This document shows positions 38,720 to 47,601 of a stretch of DNA of 64,000 nucleotides, in pieces. The number at the start of each line of letters is the position of its first letter. The stretch's first letter is position 1. A program made the translations under genes and the position numbers. Below the pieces are notes generated by a model that worked only from the letters and a program-made list of their open reading frames with translations, did no database searches and had not been told where the DNA came from. Source of the DNA: Geopsychrobacteraceae bacterium (lineage in GTDB: Bacteria; Desulfobacterota; Desulfuromonadia; Desulfuromonadales; Geopsychrobacteraceae); NCBI GenBank assembly GCA_963676795.2, contig CAXXTB010000002.1, positions 155,647 to 219,646 of the forward strand, in the 5' to 3' direction.

Positions 38720-38824
38720 GGATGGACCATCTCAAATTTGAAATTTCAGATTTCAGATCGCCGGAGGCGGTAAGGGTGGACCATTTCAGATTTGAAGTTT
38801 CAGCTTTGAAATCGCCGGAGGCGT
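38717..38824 (+). repeat. 54-nt tandem direct repeat x2 spanning the fliI stop to the fliJ RBS
   Basis: Copy 1 (38717-38770) TAAGGATGGACCATCTCAAATTTGAAATTTCAGATTTCAGATCGCCGGAGGCGG. Copy 2 (38771-38824) TAAGGGTGGACCATTTCAGATTTGAAGTTTCAGCTTTGAAATCGCCGGAGGCGT. 46 of 54 positions identical. Each copy carries four ATYTSAR heptads. Confidence 0.9.
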
Positions 38825-38828
38825 GCTG

Positions 38829-39269
38829 ATGGCGTACAAATTCAAACTTCAGTCGGTACTCAACTATCGGCAGATCCTTGAGGATCAGGCTCAGCAGCAG
38901 CTCTCAAGCAGTCTGCAGCAGCGCCTCGAGCTGCAGCAGCAGATGACTCGCGTCGCAGAGCGCCTGATGCAGACCGACCGGGAGCTCAAACTTAAACAGC
39001 AAAAAGGGATGGATATCGCCGATCTGACCCTTTTCGAGGATCAGATCAGCCACTGTCAGCGCCAGTTGGATCTGTTGCGCAAACAGCAGCTCAGGCTGGA
39101 AAGAACCATCGATGAACAGCGTCAGGAGCTGTTGCAGGCCTCTATGGAACGTCAGGTCATGGAAAAGCTCAGGGACAAACAGAAAGACGAATATCTGCGG
39201 GCAGAAGGGCGCAAGGAGCGTGAGCTGCTTGATGAAATCAGCCTGCGGGGTAAAGGAGACAGCCAATGA
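38829..39269 (+). CDS. fliJ: flagellar export chaperone FliJ
   Basis: 146-aa coiled coil, MAYKFKLQSVLNYRQILEDQAQQQL; follows fliI. ATG 8 nt after GGAGG. Confidence 0.85.
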   Translation: MAYKFKLQSVLNYRQILEDQAQQQLSSSLQQRLELQQQMTRVAERLMQTDRELKLKQQKGMDIADLTLFEDQISHCQRQLDLLRKQQLRLERTIDEQRQELLQASMERQVMEKLRDKQKDEYLRAEGRKERELLDEISLRGKGDSQ

Positions 39270-39808
39270 AACGGATGATGTTCTGGCTGCTGGTCCTGGT
39301 GAGTCTGGGAGCCGTCGGTTTTGCCGCAGATGCCACGCCGGGCACTGAAAACGATACGACCATCTCTTCGGTCGAAGAGCGCCGTATCCTCGTTTCCGTG
39401 GAACAGGAACGGGCGAAATTGCTGGAACGGGAAAAAGAAGTCGATGGCCGGGAAATGCAGCTAAAGACTCTTGAGGGCGAGGTCGATAAGAAGCTCGCAG
39501 AGATGCAGAGCCTAAGGACGGAACTGCTCAACCTGATCGAGAGCAACAAGCAGGCCGAGCAGAAAGTGCAGGATCTGGTCAAGCAGGTCGAAACGGAGCG
39601 AATCTCCGAACTGAGCCTGATGTACGAGAAGATGAGCCCGCAGAAGGCCGCAATTCTGCTAAAGGATCTTGATCAGGATGTCGCAGTCGGCGTGCTCCTC
39701 GGGCTGAAGAAAAAGTCGGCCGGAAAAATTCTCGACAGTCTTGATGCGGACACGGCGATCCAGCTCAGCTCAGCGCTTACCGAGATCGATATCCCGGATA
39801 CGCAATAG
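39266..39808 (+). CDS. MotE/YlxF-like flagellar protein (MgtE-N-like domain)
   Basis: Signal/TM, coiled coil, then MSPQKAAILLKDLDQDVAVGVLLGLKKKSAGKILDSLD (MgtE_N-like). Same position as B. subtilis ylxF. Confidence 0.7.
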   Translation: MKRMMFWLLVLVSLGAVGFAADATPGTENDTTISSVEERRILVSVEQERAKLLEREKEVDGREMQLKTLEGEVDKKLAEMQSLRTELLNLIESNKQAEQKVQDLVKQVETERISELSLMYEKMSPQKAAILLKDLDQDVAVGVLLGLKKKSAGKILDSLDADTAIQLSSALTEIDIPDTQ

Positions 39809-39857
39809 CGGGAACAGTCCGCAACGAACCTTATCCCATAGAAAGGAGGTGAATGAG

Positions 39858-41459
39858 ATGCAAACAGTCATGAACGTCGATATGGCATCGACCGTTGGAG
39901 ACAATCTGTTTTCCTCCAGAACGACATCCGCAGGCAGCCAGGATTTCGGGCGGGTCATGAACGAAGCCCGTCAGGCCGGGAAGAAGTCTGAAGTCAACAC
40001 TGGCGAAGCCAGGTCTGAACAAAAGGCAATCCAGCAAAAATCGCATAAGCAGGCTGAACGGCCGGAAACGGCGGATCAAACCGATGCTGTCGCTCAGACA
40101 GATCAGGTCGAAGCTCAGCAGGCTGGCATCACTGACGACGCTGCTGTCATCAACAAAAAGCCTGAAAAGGTTCAGCACGAGCTGGTAAACCTGCTGCAGA
40201 CTCTGGCAGAGGTCTCTGACCAGGTCAGTGATTCGCAAGAGGTCGATCTGGATGGGCTGCTGAGTCAGTTGGTGACAACTCTGAACGATGCAGTTGACAA
40301 CAGCGAGCTGCATGGCGAGCATGTGGTCGCCGGGGTTGATCTTTCGCCCTTGGTCGATATGCTCAAGGACCTTGAGTCGTCTGAGGATCCGCAGGCCACC
40401 CTCTCCGGGTTGACTGATCAGCTCAAGGAGCAGTTGCACGCTCTGTTTGAAACCAGAGAAAGCGGTGCTGCGGCGGTTTCTCCTGAGGTTGTTGCTCAGG
40501 CTCCTGGCGTTGTCCCTGTGACGGAAACTCTTGCCCAGGCCCGTCAGTTGCTGCAGAAAGCCATTGACGCAGTTGCCTCTCAGAACGAAAACGAGGTGGC
40601 TGGCGGTGATGAGCAGCAAGTTGTTGGCGAGGATCTGTCGTTGTTCAAAACAGAGACAAAGGACGAGATCGATCCGCGCTTTGCCGGACTGCTGAATGTT
40701 CGTCAACAGTCGCGCAGCGGCTCTGACGCTTCAACGGTTCCTGTCAACGGGCAAAAAAACAGCGAGCAGGTTGCCAGTGGAAGCGCGGTAACCACTGAAG
40801 CGTCCCCGGCTGAAGGACTTGAAGCTCAGGTTCCGGCTCAGTCTCAGGCTGCGGTCCCGTCTCAGCCTCAGGTCGAAGCAGGACCGCAACAGGCAACGGC
40901 GCATAATGTCACGCAGTCTCAGGGACAGGCCCAACTGGCCGGTCTGAATGCGCAACCTCAGGCCAACGGCGTACAGGTTTCTGTGCAGCCCCAGGCACAG
41001 CAGGTTTTTACTCTGGCCAGCGGAACTCAGGTCAGTGAGAGTCAGATCTTTGATCAGGTTGTCACACATATCTCCGGCAGCGCCAACGGTGAAACCGGAC
41101 GTATGGTTGTCCGCCTCAACCCCGCCGAACTGGGCAGCCTCAAGCTGGATCTGCAGGTCGAAGGGGACAAGGTTCGCGCCAATATCCATGCCCAGAGTCA
41201 GCAGGTTCAGGAAGTGATCGAACGTAACCTGCCGCAATTGCGCAATGCCCTGGCCGAACAGGGGCTGAAGATCGATCAGTTCCAGGTCAGTGTCGATCAG
41301 CAGCAGGATCAGAACCGCTTTGCCGGACAGCAGCAACAGCAGTCACGCAATTCTTCCGCCCGGCAGATCTGGCACAACGAAGGGACGGCAGAAGAACAGT
41401 CGATCCCCCTGGCCCACCTGGTTCAGAACGGTGGCGGAGGCATCAGCCTCCACGTCTAA
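39858..41459 (+). CDS. fliK: flagellar hook-length control protein FliK
   Basis: ATG 8 nt after AAAGGAGG. Q/A/P-rich central region. C-terminal Flg_hook domain VVRLNPAELGSLKLDLQVEGDKVRANIHAQSQQVQEVIERNLPQLRNAL. Confidence 0.88.
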   Translation: MQTVMNVDMASTVGDNLFSSRTTSAGSQDFGRVMNEARQAGKKSEVNTGEARSEQKAIQQKSHKQAERPETADQTDAVAQTDQVEAQQAGITDDAAVINKKPEKVQHELVNLLQTLAEVSDQVSDSQEVDLDGLLSQLVTTLNDAVDNSELHGEHVVAGVDLSPLVDMLKDLESSEDPQATLSGLTDQLKEQLHALFETRESGAAAVSPEVVAQAPGVVPVTETLAQARQLLQKAIDAVASQNENEVAGGDEQQVVGEDLSLFKTETKDEIDPRFAGLLNVRQQSRSGSDASTVPVNGQKNSEQVASGSAVTTEASPAEGLEAQVPAQSQAAVPSQPQVEAGPQQATAHNVTQSQGQAQLAGLNAQPQANGVQVSVQPQAQQVFTLASGTQVSESQIFDQVVTHISGSANGETGRMVVRLNPAELGSLKLDLQVEGDKVRANIHAQSQQVQEVIERNLPQLRNALAEQGLKIDQFQVSVDQQQDQNRFAGQQQQQSRNSSARQIWHNEGTAEEQSIPLAHLVQNGGGGISLHV

Positions 41460-41495
41460 AAGTATAAAAATTCTAAAGAAAGGAGGATTAGATAG

Positions 41496-42164
41496 ATGGC
41501 GGCAATCAGTGGAATCGATACAGGCTATTCAATCAGCAGCCTGACCTCGTCGAAAACTGAAGACGTGTCGATGGGCAAAGAGGATTTTCTGACCCTGCTC
41601 GTCGCTCAGCTGCAGAATCAGGATCCGATGAACCCTTCCGATGCGACTGAATTCACGGCCCAACTTGCCCAGTTCAGTCAGCTGGAGCAGTTGACCAACG
41701 TCAACAGCAGCCTGGAAGGCTTGGCAACCATGAGCAGCGAGATGCAGCGCATGTCGGCACTTGGCCTGATTGGTCAGGATGTCGTCGCCCAGGCCGATGA
41801 GTTCGACTTCAACGGTGAGTCCGTTGAACTGGGTTATCGTCTCGACAGCCCGGCCGAGGATGTCAAGCTTTACGTGCTGGGTTCAAGCGGCGCAACCCTG
41901 GCGACCCTGACAGCACAGGACACCTCGGCGGGAGAACATTTCTTCAGCTGGGATGGCACGACCGACACCGGCATGCCGTTGGTGGCGGGGCATTACAGCC
42001 TGGTGGCCAGGGCTGTCGACGCCGATGAAGCCCTGTTGAACTGTCAGACCCTGGTTCAGGGGCAGGTCAGTGCCGTTGACTTGAGTGCCGAACCGGCACA
42101 GCTGGAAACAACGGCGGGCACCTTCTCGATCTCCAAGGTCGATAAGGCAGGGGCGGTCCTATGA
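41496..42164 (+). CDS. flgD: flagellar hook capping protein FlgD
   Basis: MGKEDFLTLLVAQLQNQDPMNPSDATEFTAQLAQFSQLEQL. Confidence 0.93.
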   Translation: MAAISGIDTGYSISSLTSSKTEDVSMGKEDFLTLLVAQLQNQDPMNPSDATEFTAQLAQFSQLEQLTNVNSSLEGLATMSSEMQRMSALGLIGQDVVAQADEFDFNGESVELGYRLDSPAEDVKLYVLGSSGATLATLTAQDTSAGEHFFSWDGTTDTGMPLVAGHYSLVARAVDADEALLNCQTLVQGQVSAVDLSAEPAQLETTAGTFSISKVDKAGAVL

Positions 42165-42544
42165 GTGATGATCTGACCATTATCCCGCAACCGATCGGGG
42201 TTGCCAGGCCTCAACAGGCCAAGGGAGTGCAGCAGGCTCAGAGGAGCGGCCAGAGTTTTGATCAGCTGCTCAACAAGAAGATAGATCAGGGCAGTGTCAA
42301 GTTTTCCCGCCACGCCAGTGAACGGATGCAAAGTCGCGGTATTTCCTTTGATGCCGGACAGCTGCAGCGTCTCGAGAGCGCCGTCTCCCAGGCCAGCGCC
42401 AAGGGGTGCAGGGAATCGCTGGTGATGCTGGATGAAACAGCCCTGGTGGTCAGCGTAAAAAACGATACCGTGGTCACAGTGGTTGATCGCGAACAGATGA
42501 AAAACAACGTTTTTACAAATATCGACAGCGCAGTAATCGCTTAA
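42161..42544 (+). CDS. conserved flagellar-operon protein found between flgD and flgE (TIGR02530-like, from memory)
   Basis: VKFSRHASERMQSRGISFDAGQLQRLESAV...ALVVSVKNDTVVTVVD...VFTNIDSAVI; overlaps the flgD stop. Confidence 0.55.
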   Translation: MSDDLTIIPQPIGVARPQQAKGVQQAQRSGQSFDQLLNKKIDQGSVKFSRHASERMQSRGISFDAGQLQRLESAVSQASAKGCRESLVMLDETALVVSVKNDTVVTVVDREQMKNNVFTNIDSAVIA

Positions 42545-42618
42545 TCCGAACCGGTCCTCTTGGAGGAGGTTCGCAAGCCGCCGACCGATAGACGCGGCTT
42601 CCCAAAAGGAGAGACAAG

Positions 42619-43950
42619 ATGGGTGTATCCAGTTCTTTGTACAGTGGTGTCAGTGGCTTGAACGCCAACGGTAACGCCATGAGCGTTATCGGTAACAATA
42701 TTGCCAACGCCAATACAGTCGGTTTTAAATCGAGCCGGGCGATCTTCGGTGACCTGCTCTCCAGCCAGATCTCGGGCTCCGGCGGGATTTCCCAGGTTGG
42801 CCGCGGGGTCGGCCTGTCGATCGTCGACAACATCTTCAGCCAGGGCACCTTTGAAAACACCGAAACCAATACCGATCTGGCAGTTGAAGGGGCCGGTTTC
42901 TTTATCGTCAGTGATCCGTCAACTGGAAATACTGTCAATAACTATACCCGGGCCGGAGCCTTCCGCTTTGATGCCAATGGCTACATGGTGAACCCGGAAG
43001 GTTACAATGTCATGGGTTACCAGCTGGATGAAGAGGGTAATGCTATCGGTGACCTGACGCCGATCTGGGCCAACACCCAGTCTTTTACCCAGGCGGGTTA
43101 TACAGCGAATATCGATCTGAATACCAACCTCGATTCCGATTCGATAGCCATTCCGACCGGCTTCGATCCTCTCGATCCGACCAACTCATCCAACTATGCA
43201 ACCTCGATCCAGGTCTACGACAGTCTGGGGAGTACCCACCTGATGACCACCTATTTCACCAAGACGGCCGATCAGTCCTGGCAATGGAACACGGTTGTCG
43301 ACGGCGGCGAGCTGACCGGGGGGACTGCCGGCGTTCTCGAGGTTGTCGGGAGCGGAACGCTGGGTTTTGATGCCAGCGGTGACCTGATCACTATCGACGG
43401 CAACGACCTGTACACGACCCCCGGCGATACCTCAAGCGACCCGGTCAATCCTCGACCGGCTGCTGTGACGACCGCCGGTGCTCTCGACTGGAACAACGGG
43501 GCGATTCAGACCCAGCAGGTGTCGATCGATATGCAGACCAGTCAGTATGCCAGCCCCTCGGTCGTGGTTTCCCAGGAGCAGGATGGCTACGGAACCGGTA
43601 CCCTGGTGAAGTTGAGTGTCGATGAGCTCGGCAATGTCGTTGGTAACTTCTCCAACGGCACACCGCGTAAACTGATGCGTCTCGCTCTGGCCAAGTTCAC
43701 CAACCCGAACGCTCTTGATAAGGTTGGCAACAATATGTTCGCCCAGAGCAACAATTCCGGTGTTCCGGTTATCGGTACCGTTGGCTCAGGTGTCGGTAAT
43801 ATCTTTACCAATGCGCTGGAACTTTCCAACGTCGATCTGGCCCAGGAGTTTGTCAAGATGATAACCACCCAGCGCGGTTTTTCGGCCAACTCGAAGACGA
43901 TCACCACGACGGACGAAATGCTGACAGAGGTTATTAATCTGAAACGCTAA
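42619..43950 (+). CDS. flgE: flagellar hook protein FlgE
   Basis: SLYSGVSGLNANGNAMSVIGNNIANANTVGFKSSR... and C-terminal LSNVDLAQEFVKMITTQRGFSANSKTITTTDEMLTEVINLKR. Confidence 0.95.
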   Translation: MGVSSSLYSGVSGLNANGNAMSVIGNNIANANTVGFKSSRAIFGDLLSSQISGSGGISQVGRGVGLSIVDNIFSQGTFENTETNTDLAVEGAGFFIVSDPSTGNTVNNYTRAGAFRFDANGYMVNPEGYNVMGYQLDEEGNAIGDLTPIWANTQSFTQAGYTANIDLNTNLDSDSIAIPTGFDPLDPTNSSNYATSIQVYDSLGSTHLMTTYFTKTADQSWQWNTVVDGGELTGGTAGVLEVVGSGTLGFDASGDLITIDGNDLYTTPGDTSSDPVNPRPAAVTTAGALDWNNGAIQTQQVSIDMQTSQYASPSVVVSQEQDGYGTGTLVKLSVDELGNVVGNFSNGTPRKLMRLALAKFTNPNALDKVGNNMFAQSNNSGVPVIGTVGSGVGNIFTNALELSNVDLAQEFVKMITTQRGFSANSKTITTTDEMLTEVINLKR

Positions 43951-43979
43951 TATTCTGGTCAAAATTATGACTTACTATG

Positions 43980-44019
43980 AGAGGGCTGCTCCAGTGACAT
44001 GGACAGCCCTCTTTTTTTG
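43980..44019 (+). terminator. strong rho-independent terminator after flgE
   Basis: AGAGGGCTG-15 nt-CAGCCCTCT followed by TTTTTTG. Confidence 0.85.
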
Positions 44020-44076
44020 TTTTATAACAAACTGTAATTCGTATGGTTTTTATTTGTTGGAAAACGCTATGGAAGA

Positions 44077-44092
44077 TGGCATACAATCTGCT
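44077..44092 (+). promoter_or_regulatory. sigma54-like promoter upstream of motA
   Basis: TGGCAT-acaat-CTGCT against TGGCAC-N5-TTGCA; GG-N10-GC spacing exact; about 90 nt upstream of the motA ATG. Confidence 0.45.
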
Positions 44093-44183
44093 TAGTATCA
44101 AAACGGCAGCTTTATGCTAGATTTTAGTGTCATCTTTTTGGACAGAAGAGTTGGCAGATTCTTGAAACGGATCGGGGAAAATT

Positions 44184-44948
44184 ATGGATATAGCCACTAT
44201 AATCGGCCTGCTGGCGGCCTTCGGTTTGATGATCTCCGCTATCATGCAGGGCGGTTCGCTGATGATCTTCATCGATGTTGCTTCGATGATCATCGTTATT
44301 GGCGGAACTATCGGTACCATTCTGGTCCATTTCCCGCTAGGGGACATCCTCGGTGCATTCAACGTTGCCCGTAAGGCCTTTTTTCATAAATCACAGTCTC
44401 CGGTTGAGACCATTACAAAACTGACCACTTTCGCCGGCAAAGCGCGGAAAGAAGGGATACTTTCCCTGCAGTCTGTCATGAACGAGATCGATGACGATTT
44501 TTTTCTCAAGGGGTTGCAGATGGCAGTTGACGGCCAGGAACCGGAAGCCCTGAGTGATCTGCTCGACAAGGAGATCGAATATGTCATGGAACGTCATGAC
44601 AAAGGGGCGGATATCTTTAGCGCCCTGGCCTCCTATTCTCCTGCGATGGGGATGATCGGTACTCTGATCGGTCTGGTCCAGATGCTGCAGAATATGAGTG
44701 ACCCATCTTCTATTGGTCCGGCGATGGCGGTTGCTCTGCTGACGACCTTTTACGGCGCGGTTATTGCCAACGTTATTGCGACGCCGATAGCCGGCAAACT
44801 GAAGTTACGCTCTGCCAGTGAAATTTTGAACAAAACCCTGATCAATGAGGGGATGAAAGCGATTCTGGAAGGGGAGAATCCGCGCCTGATGGAGCAGCGC
44901 CTGCACGCTTTCATCGCCCCGAAACTGCGACAGAGCAATTTCAATTAA
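44184..44948 (+). CDS. motA: flagellar stator protein MotA/PomA
   Basis: 254 aa, 4 TM, ...SPAMGMIGTLIGLVQMLQNM...MAVALLTTFYGAVIAN. Confidence 0.92.
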   Translation: MDIATIIGLLAAFGLMISAIMQGGSLMIFIDVASMIIVIGGTIGTILVHFPLGDILGAFNVARKAFFHKSQSPVETITKLTTFAGKARKEGILSLQSVMNEIDDDFFLKGLQMAVDGQEPEALSDLLDKEIEYVMERHDKGADIFSALASYSPAMGMIGTLIGLVQMLQNMSDPSSIGPAMAVALLTTFYGAVIANVIATPIAGKLKLRSASEILNKTLINEGMKAILEGENPRLMEQRLHAFIAPKLRQSNFN

Positions 44949-44961
44949 GGCGGATCTATCG

Positions 44962-45693
44962 ATGGCAGCCAAGAAACCAAAATGCCCTGCCGGGGCGCCG
45001 ATGTGGATGGTGACCTTCAGTGATATGGTCACCCTGTTGTTGACTTTTTTCGTTCTGCTTTTGTCGATGGCCAACATGGACCAGATTAAATTTAATCAGG
45101 CCAGTGATTCTCTGGCCGGGGCATTCGGCGTTCTGGGCAGTGACCGTAAAACCGCTGTCGAACAGCCCCGGGTTGTTTCCTATTCACCGATGGATGACGA
45201 TTTTACCTCCAGGGTTTATCGGCGGATCAAATCAAAACTGCGGGAACTCAAGCTCAATCGCGAGATCGAGGTGGTCAAGGATCGTGGCGCAGTTATCCTG
45301 CGGATTGATGAGGCTGTCCTCTTTACCAGTGGCAGCAGCGCCCTGCAACCTGACGCTGAAGCTGTCCTGCGCAAGGTCGCCGAGCTGGTCAAGCCGCTGC
45401 CGCTCAACCTCAAGATCGAGGGGCATACCGATGATCAGGGGAATGAACTGAACAACTGGAACCTGTCGGTCAACCGGGCCGTTGCTGTCCTGCGCTTTAT
45501 GGCGACCAATGAGCTGGTGCCCTTGACCCGTATGGCGGCGACAGGTTACGGGTCCCAGAAACCTCTGTTCCCGAACAACAGTGAGCGGGAGCGGGCGCTG
45601 AACCGTCGGGTCGAATTCGTGCTCGAAAGCCAGGGGGATCCGAATCAGGAACTGCCTTACCTGATCGATGCCAGTGAACAGACCCCATTCTGA
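44962..45693 (+). CDS. motB: flagellar stator protein MotB (OmpA-like C-terminus)
   Basis: PMWMVTFSDMVTLLLTFFVLL (conserved Asp); C-terminal NRRVEFVL peptidoglycan-binding motif. Confidence 0.92.
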   Translation: MAAKKPKCPAGAPMWMVTFSDMVTLLLTFFVLLLSMANMDQIKFNQASDSLAGAFGVLGSDRKTAVEQPRVVSYSPMDDDFTSRVYRRIKSKLRELKLNREIEVVKDRGAVILRIDEAVLFTSGSSALQPDAEAVLRKVAELVKPLPLNLKIEGHTDDQGNELNNWNLSVNRAVAVLRFMATNELVPLTRMAATGYGSQKPLFPNNSERERALNRRVEFVLESQGDPNQELPYLIDASEQTPF

Positions 45694-45710
45694 CAGGAGT
45701 CAGAGCGGGG

Positions 45711-45745
45711 ATTTGAAATCTGAAATCTGATATTTGAAATCTCGC
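45711..45745 (+). repeat. heptad array ATTTGAA ATCTGAA ATCTGAT ATTTGAA ATCTCGC between motB and fliL
   Basis: Read directly; AT-rich 7-nt periodic array, followed by the small hairpin GCTCG-cta-CGAGC. Confidence 0.85.
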
Positions 45746-45773
45746 TCGCTACGAGCGGGTGGAAGGAAAGACA

Positions 45774-46274
45774 ATGGCGAAAGAACCTGTAAAAGGCTCG
45801 GAAGAAGGCGGAAAGAAGGGGAAGAAAAAACTGCTCATCATCATTATCGTCGTTCTGGTTATGCTGATCGGTGGTGGAGTCGGAGCCTTTCTGTTTCTCA
45901 AGGGGGGCGGAATGGAAGACAAGATTTCTCCCGAGGAAGAACAGGCCCAGCTTGCAGCCCAGGCCCAGCAAGTCGGCCCGATGGTCAACATCGATTCCTT
46001 CATCGTCAATATTATCGACAGTGAAGAAAGCCGGTATCTCAAGGCCGCCATCACCCTCGAGGTTGACAGCGATGCCGCTTCCCAGGAGCTGTCCCAGCGC
46101 ATGCCGCAGATCAAGGATGCAATTCTGCTGCTGGTCGGCAACAAAACCTACACAGAACTGAACGATCTGCAGGGCAAGATTCAGCTGCGTGCCGAGCTGA
46201 TCAATAAGATCAACAGCATCCTCAAGCAGGGTAAAGTGAAAAGAATCTATTTTACCGATTTTGTGGTCCAGTAA
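45774..46274 (+). CDS. fliL: flagellar basal body-associated protein FliL
   Basis: Lys-rich N-terminus, TM LLIIIIVVLVMLIGGGVGAFLF, ...FIVNIIDSEESRYLKAAITLEV...RIYFTDFVVQ. Confidence 0.88.
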   Translation: MAKEPVKGSEEGGKKGKKKLLIIIIVVLVMLIGGGVGAFLFLKGGGMEDKISPEEEQAQLAAQAQQVGPMVNIDSFIVNIIDSEESRYLKAAITLEVDSDAASQELSQRMPQIKDAILLLVGNKTYTELNDLQGKIQLRAELINKINSILKQGKVKRIYFTDFVVQ

Positions 46275-46285
46275 AGGACAGCTGC

Positions 46286-47281
46286 GTGGAAAAGATACTC
46301 AGCAAAGATGAGATTGCCGACCTGTTGTCGGCGGTCCGGCATGGTGAAGTCGATTTCGAAGAGGAAAATTCTGACGATTTTGTCACAGCCAGAAGAAAAT
46401 CGGTCCAGAACTTCAACCTGGTCAGGTCGAACGAGCCGGAAAACTGGAGGTTGCGGAATTACGATCTGATCCTCGACAGTTTCGCGCGAAATTACTCTCT
46501 TGCGCTTTCATCGCGTTTTCAGAGGTCTCTTCAGGTTAAACTGGAAGCGATGGAGTCGATGCGTTTTGATGCCCTCCTTCAGCGCCTTTCCGGGCGAGGT
46601 GCGATCGGGGTTCTGGATCTCAGTCCCCTGGTCGGAGGTGCACTGCTGGTTTTCGATGAACAGCTGTCCTTTGCCCTGGTTGAAATCGTTCTTGGCGGCG
46701 ATGCCGGAAATAAAACGGCAGTACCTGACAGAAGTATGACGGCGATTGAGCTGAATGTGCTGCGTGATGTCATTCAATCAGCCTGTTCTGAGCTCAATAA
46801 AGGTTTTGATCAGCTTTTCAAGGTCGACACCTCTTTGCTGGAACTTGTCAGTAATCTGCGTCTGCTCAATTTTGCGACTTCCGAGGTCGGTGTCGTTACG
46901 GCCCGCTTCCGGACGACTATAGACGGACTGGAAGGGAGTATTACCCTGGTCATTCCCCATACGGCCCTGGAGCCGTTGCAGAAAAAACAGCAGGCCAAGG
47001 CTGCGGCTGCGACGATTCAGGTGAACAGTAAATGGCAGACTTTTGTCTGTGATGAGCTGGAGCAGATGGAGGTTGAAGTCGAAGGGGTCCTGGCCAAGCT
47101 CAGTCTGCGGGTGAGGGATATTCTCAATTTTCAGGTCGGGGATGTGATCGAGCTGAACAGCAAGCCGGATGCCCCGTTGAGATTGATGGTTGAGAACCAA
47201 CCGAAGTTTCTTGGGATGCCGGGGGTGCATGACGGCAAAAAAGCGATTCGTATAATGGGGCGGATTCCCCATGGAGGTTAG
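46286..47281 (+). CDS. fliM: flagellar motor switch protein FliM
   Basis: LSKDEIADLL N-terminal CheY-P binding-type motif (LSQxEIDxLL); FliM body; GTG start. Confidence 0.9.
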   Translation: MEKILSKDEIADLLSAVRHGEVDFEEENSDDFVTARRKSVQNFNLVRSNEPENWRLRNYDLILDSFARNYSLALSSRFQRSLQVKLEAMESMRFDALLQRLSGRGAIGVLDLSPLVGGALLVFDEQLSFALVEIVLGGDAGNKTAVPDRSMTAIELNVLRDVIQSACSELNKGFDQLFKVDTSLLELVSNLRLLNFATSEVGVVTARFRTTIDGLEGSITLVIPHTALEPLQKKQQAKAAAATIQVNSKWQTFVCDELEQMEVEVEGVLAKLSLRVRDILNFQVGDVIELNSKPDAPLRLMVENQPKFLGMPGVHDGKKAIRIMGRIPHGG

Positions 47282-47282
47282 T

Positions 47283-47597
47283 ATGATGAGTGACGAAGCG
47301 GTAGAAAACAATGGCCCGAAAGCCGGCGCCGGAGATGCGCGCGGGATTGATTTGCTGCTCGATATTCCACTGGAAATTTCTGTCGAGGTGGGGCGGACAA
47401 GAATTCTGGTGCGCGACCTGTTGCTACTGCAGGAAGGCTCATTGGTTGAGCTCGACAAGCTGGCCGGTGAACCGCTCGATCTTTATGTCAATTCCAGGCT
47501 GATCGCGCGTGGTGAAGCGGTTGTTGTTAACGACAAGTTTGGCCTGCGTCTGACCGATGTGGTCAGCCCGTCTGAACGGATCGAGAAGCTGGGTTAA
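47283..47597 (+). CDS. fliN: flagellar motor switch protein FliN
   Basis: IDLLLDIPLEISVEVGRTRILVRDLLLLQEGSLVELDKLAGEPLDLYVNSRLIARGEAVVVNDKFGLRLTDV. Confidence 0.93.
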   Translation: MMSDEAVENNGPKAGAGDARGIDLLLDIPLEISVEVGRTRILVRDLLLLQEGSLVELDKLAGEPLDLYVNSRLIARGEAVVVNDKFGLRLTDVVSPSERIEKLG

Positions 47598-47601
47598 ACG
47601 C

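Noticed and set aside
38717-38824. The repeats in the flagellar spacers could be a miniature CRISPR array.
   Set aside because: There are only two abutting 54-nt units with no spacers. The other sites are 7-nt periodic arrays. No cas genes are present.
39741-39857. The longer fliK ORF start overlaps the ylxF-like gene by 68 nt.
   Set aside because: The extension is Arg/Ser-rich read-through of the upstream gene in another frame. AAAGGAGG lies 8 nt before ATG 39858, the natural start.
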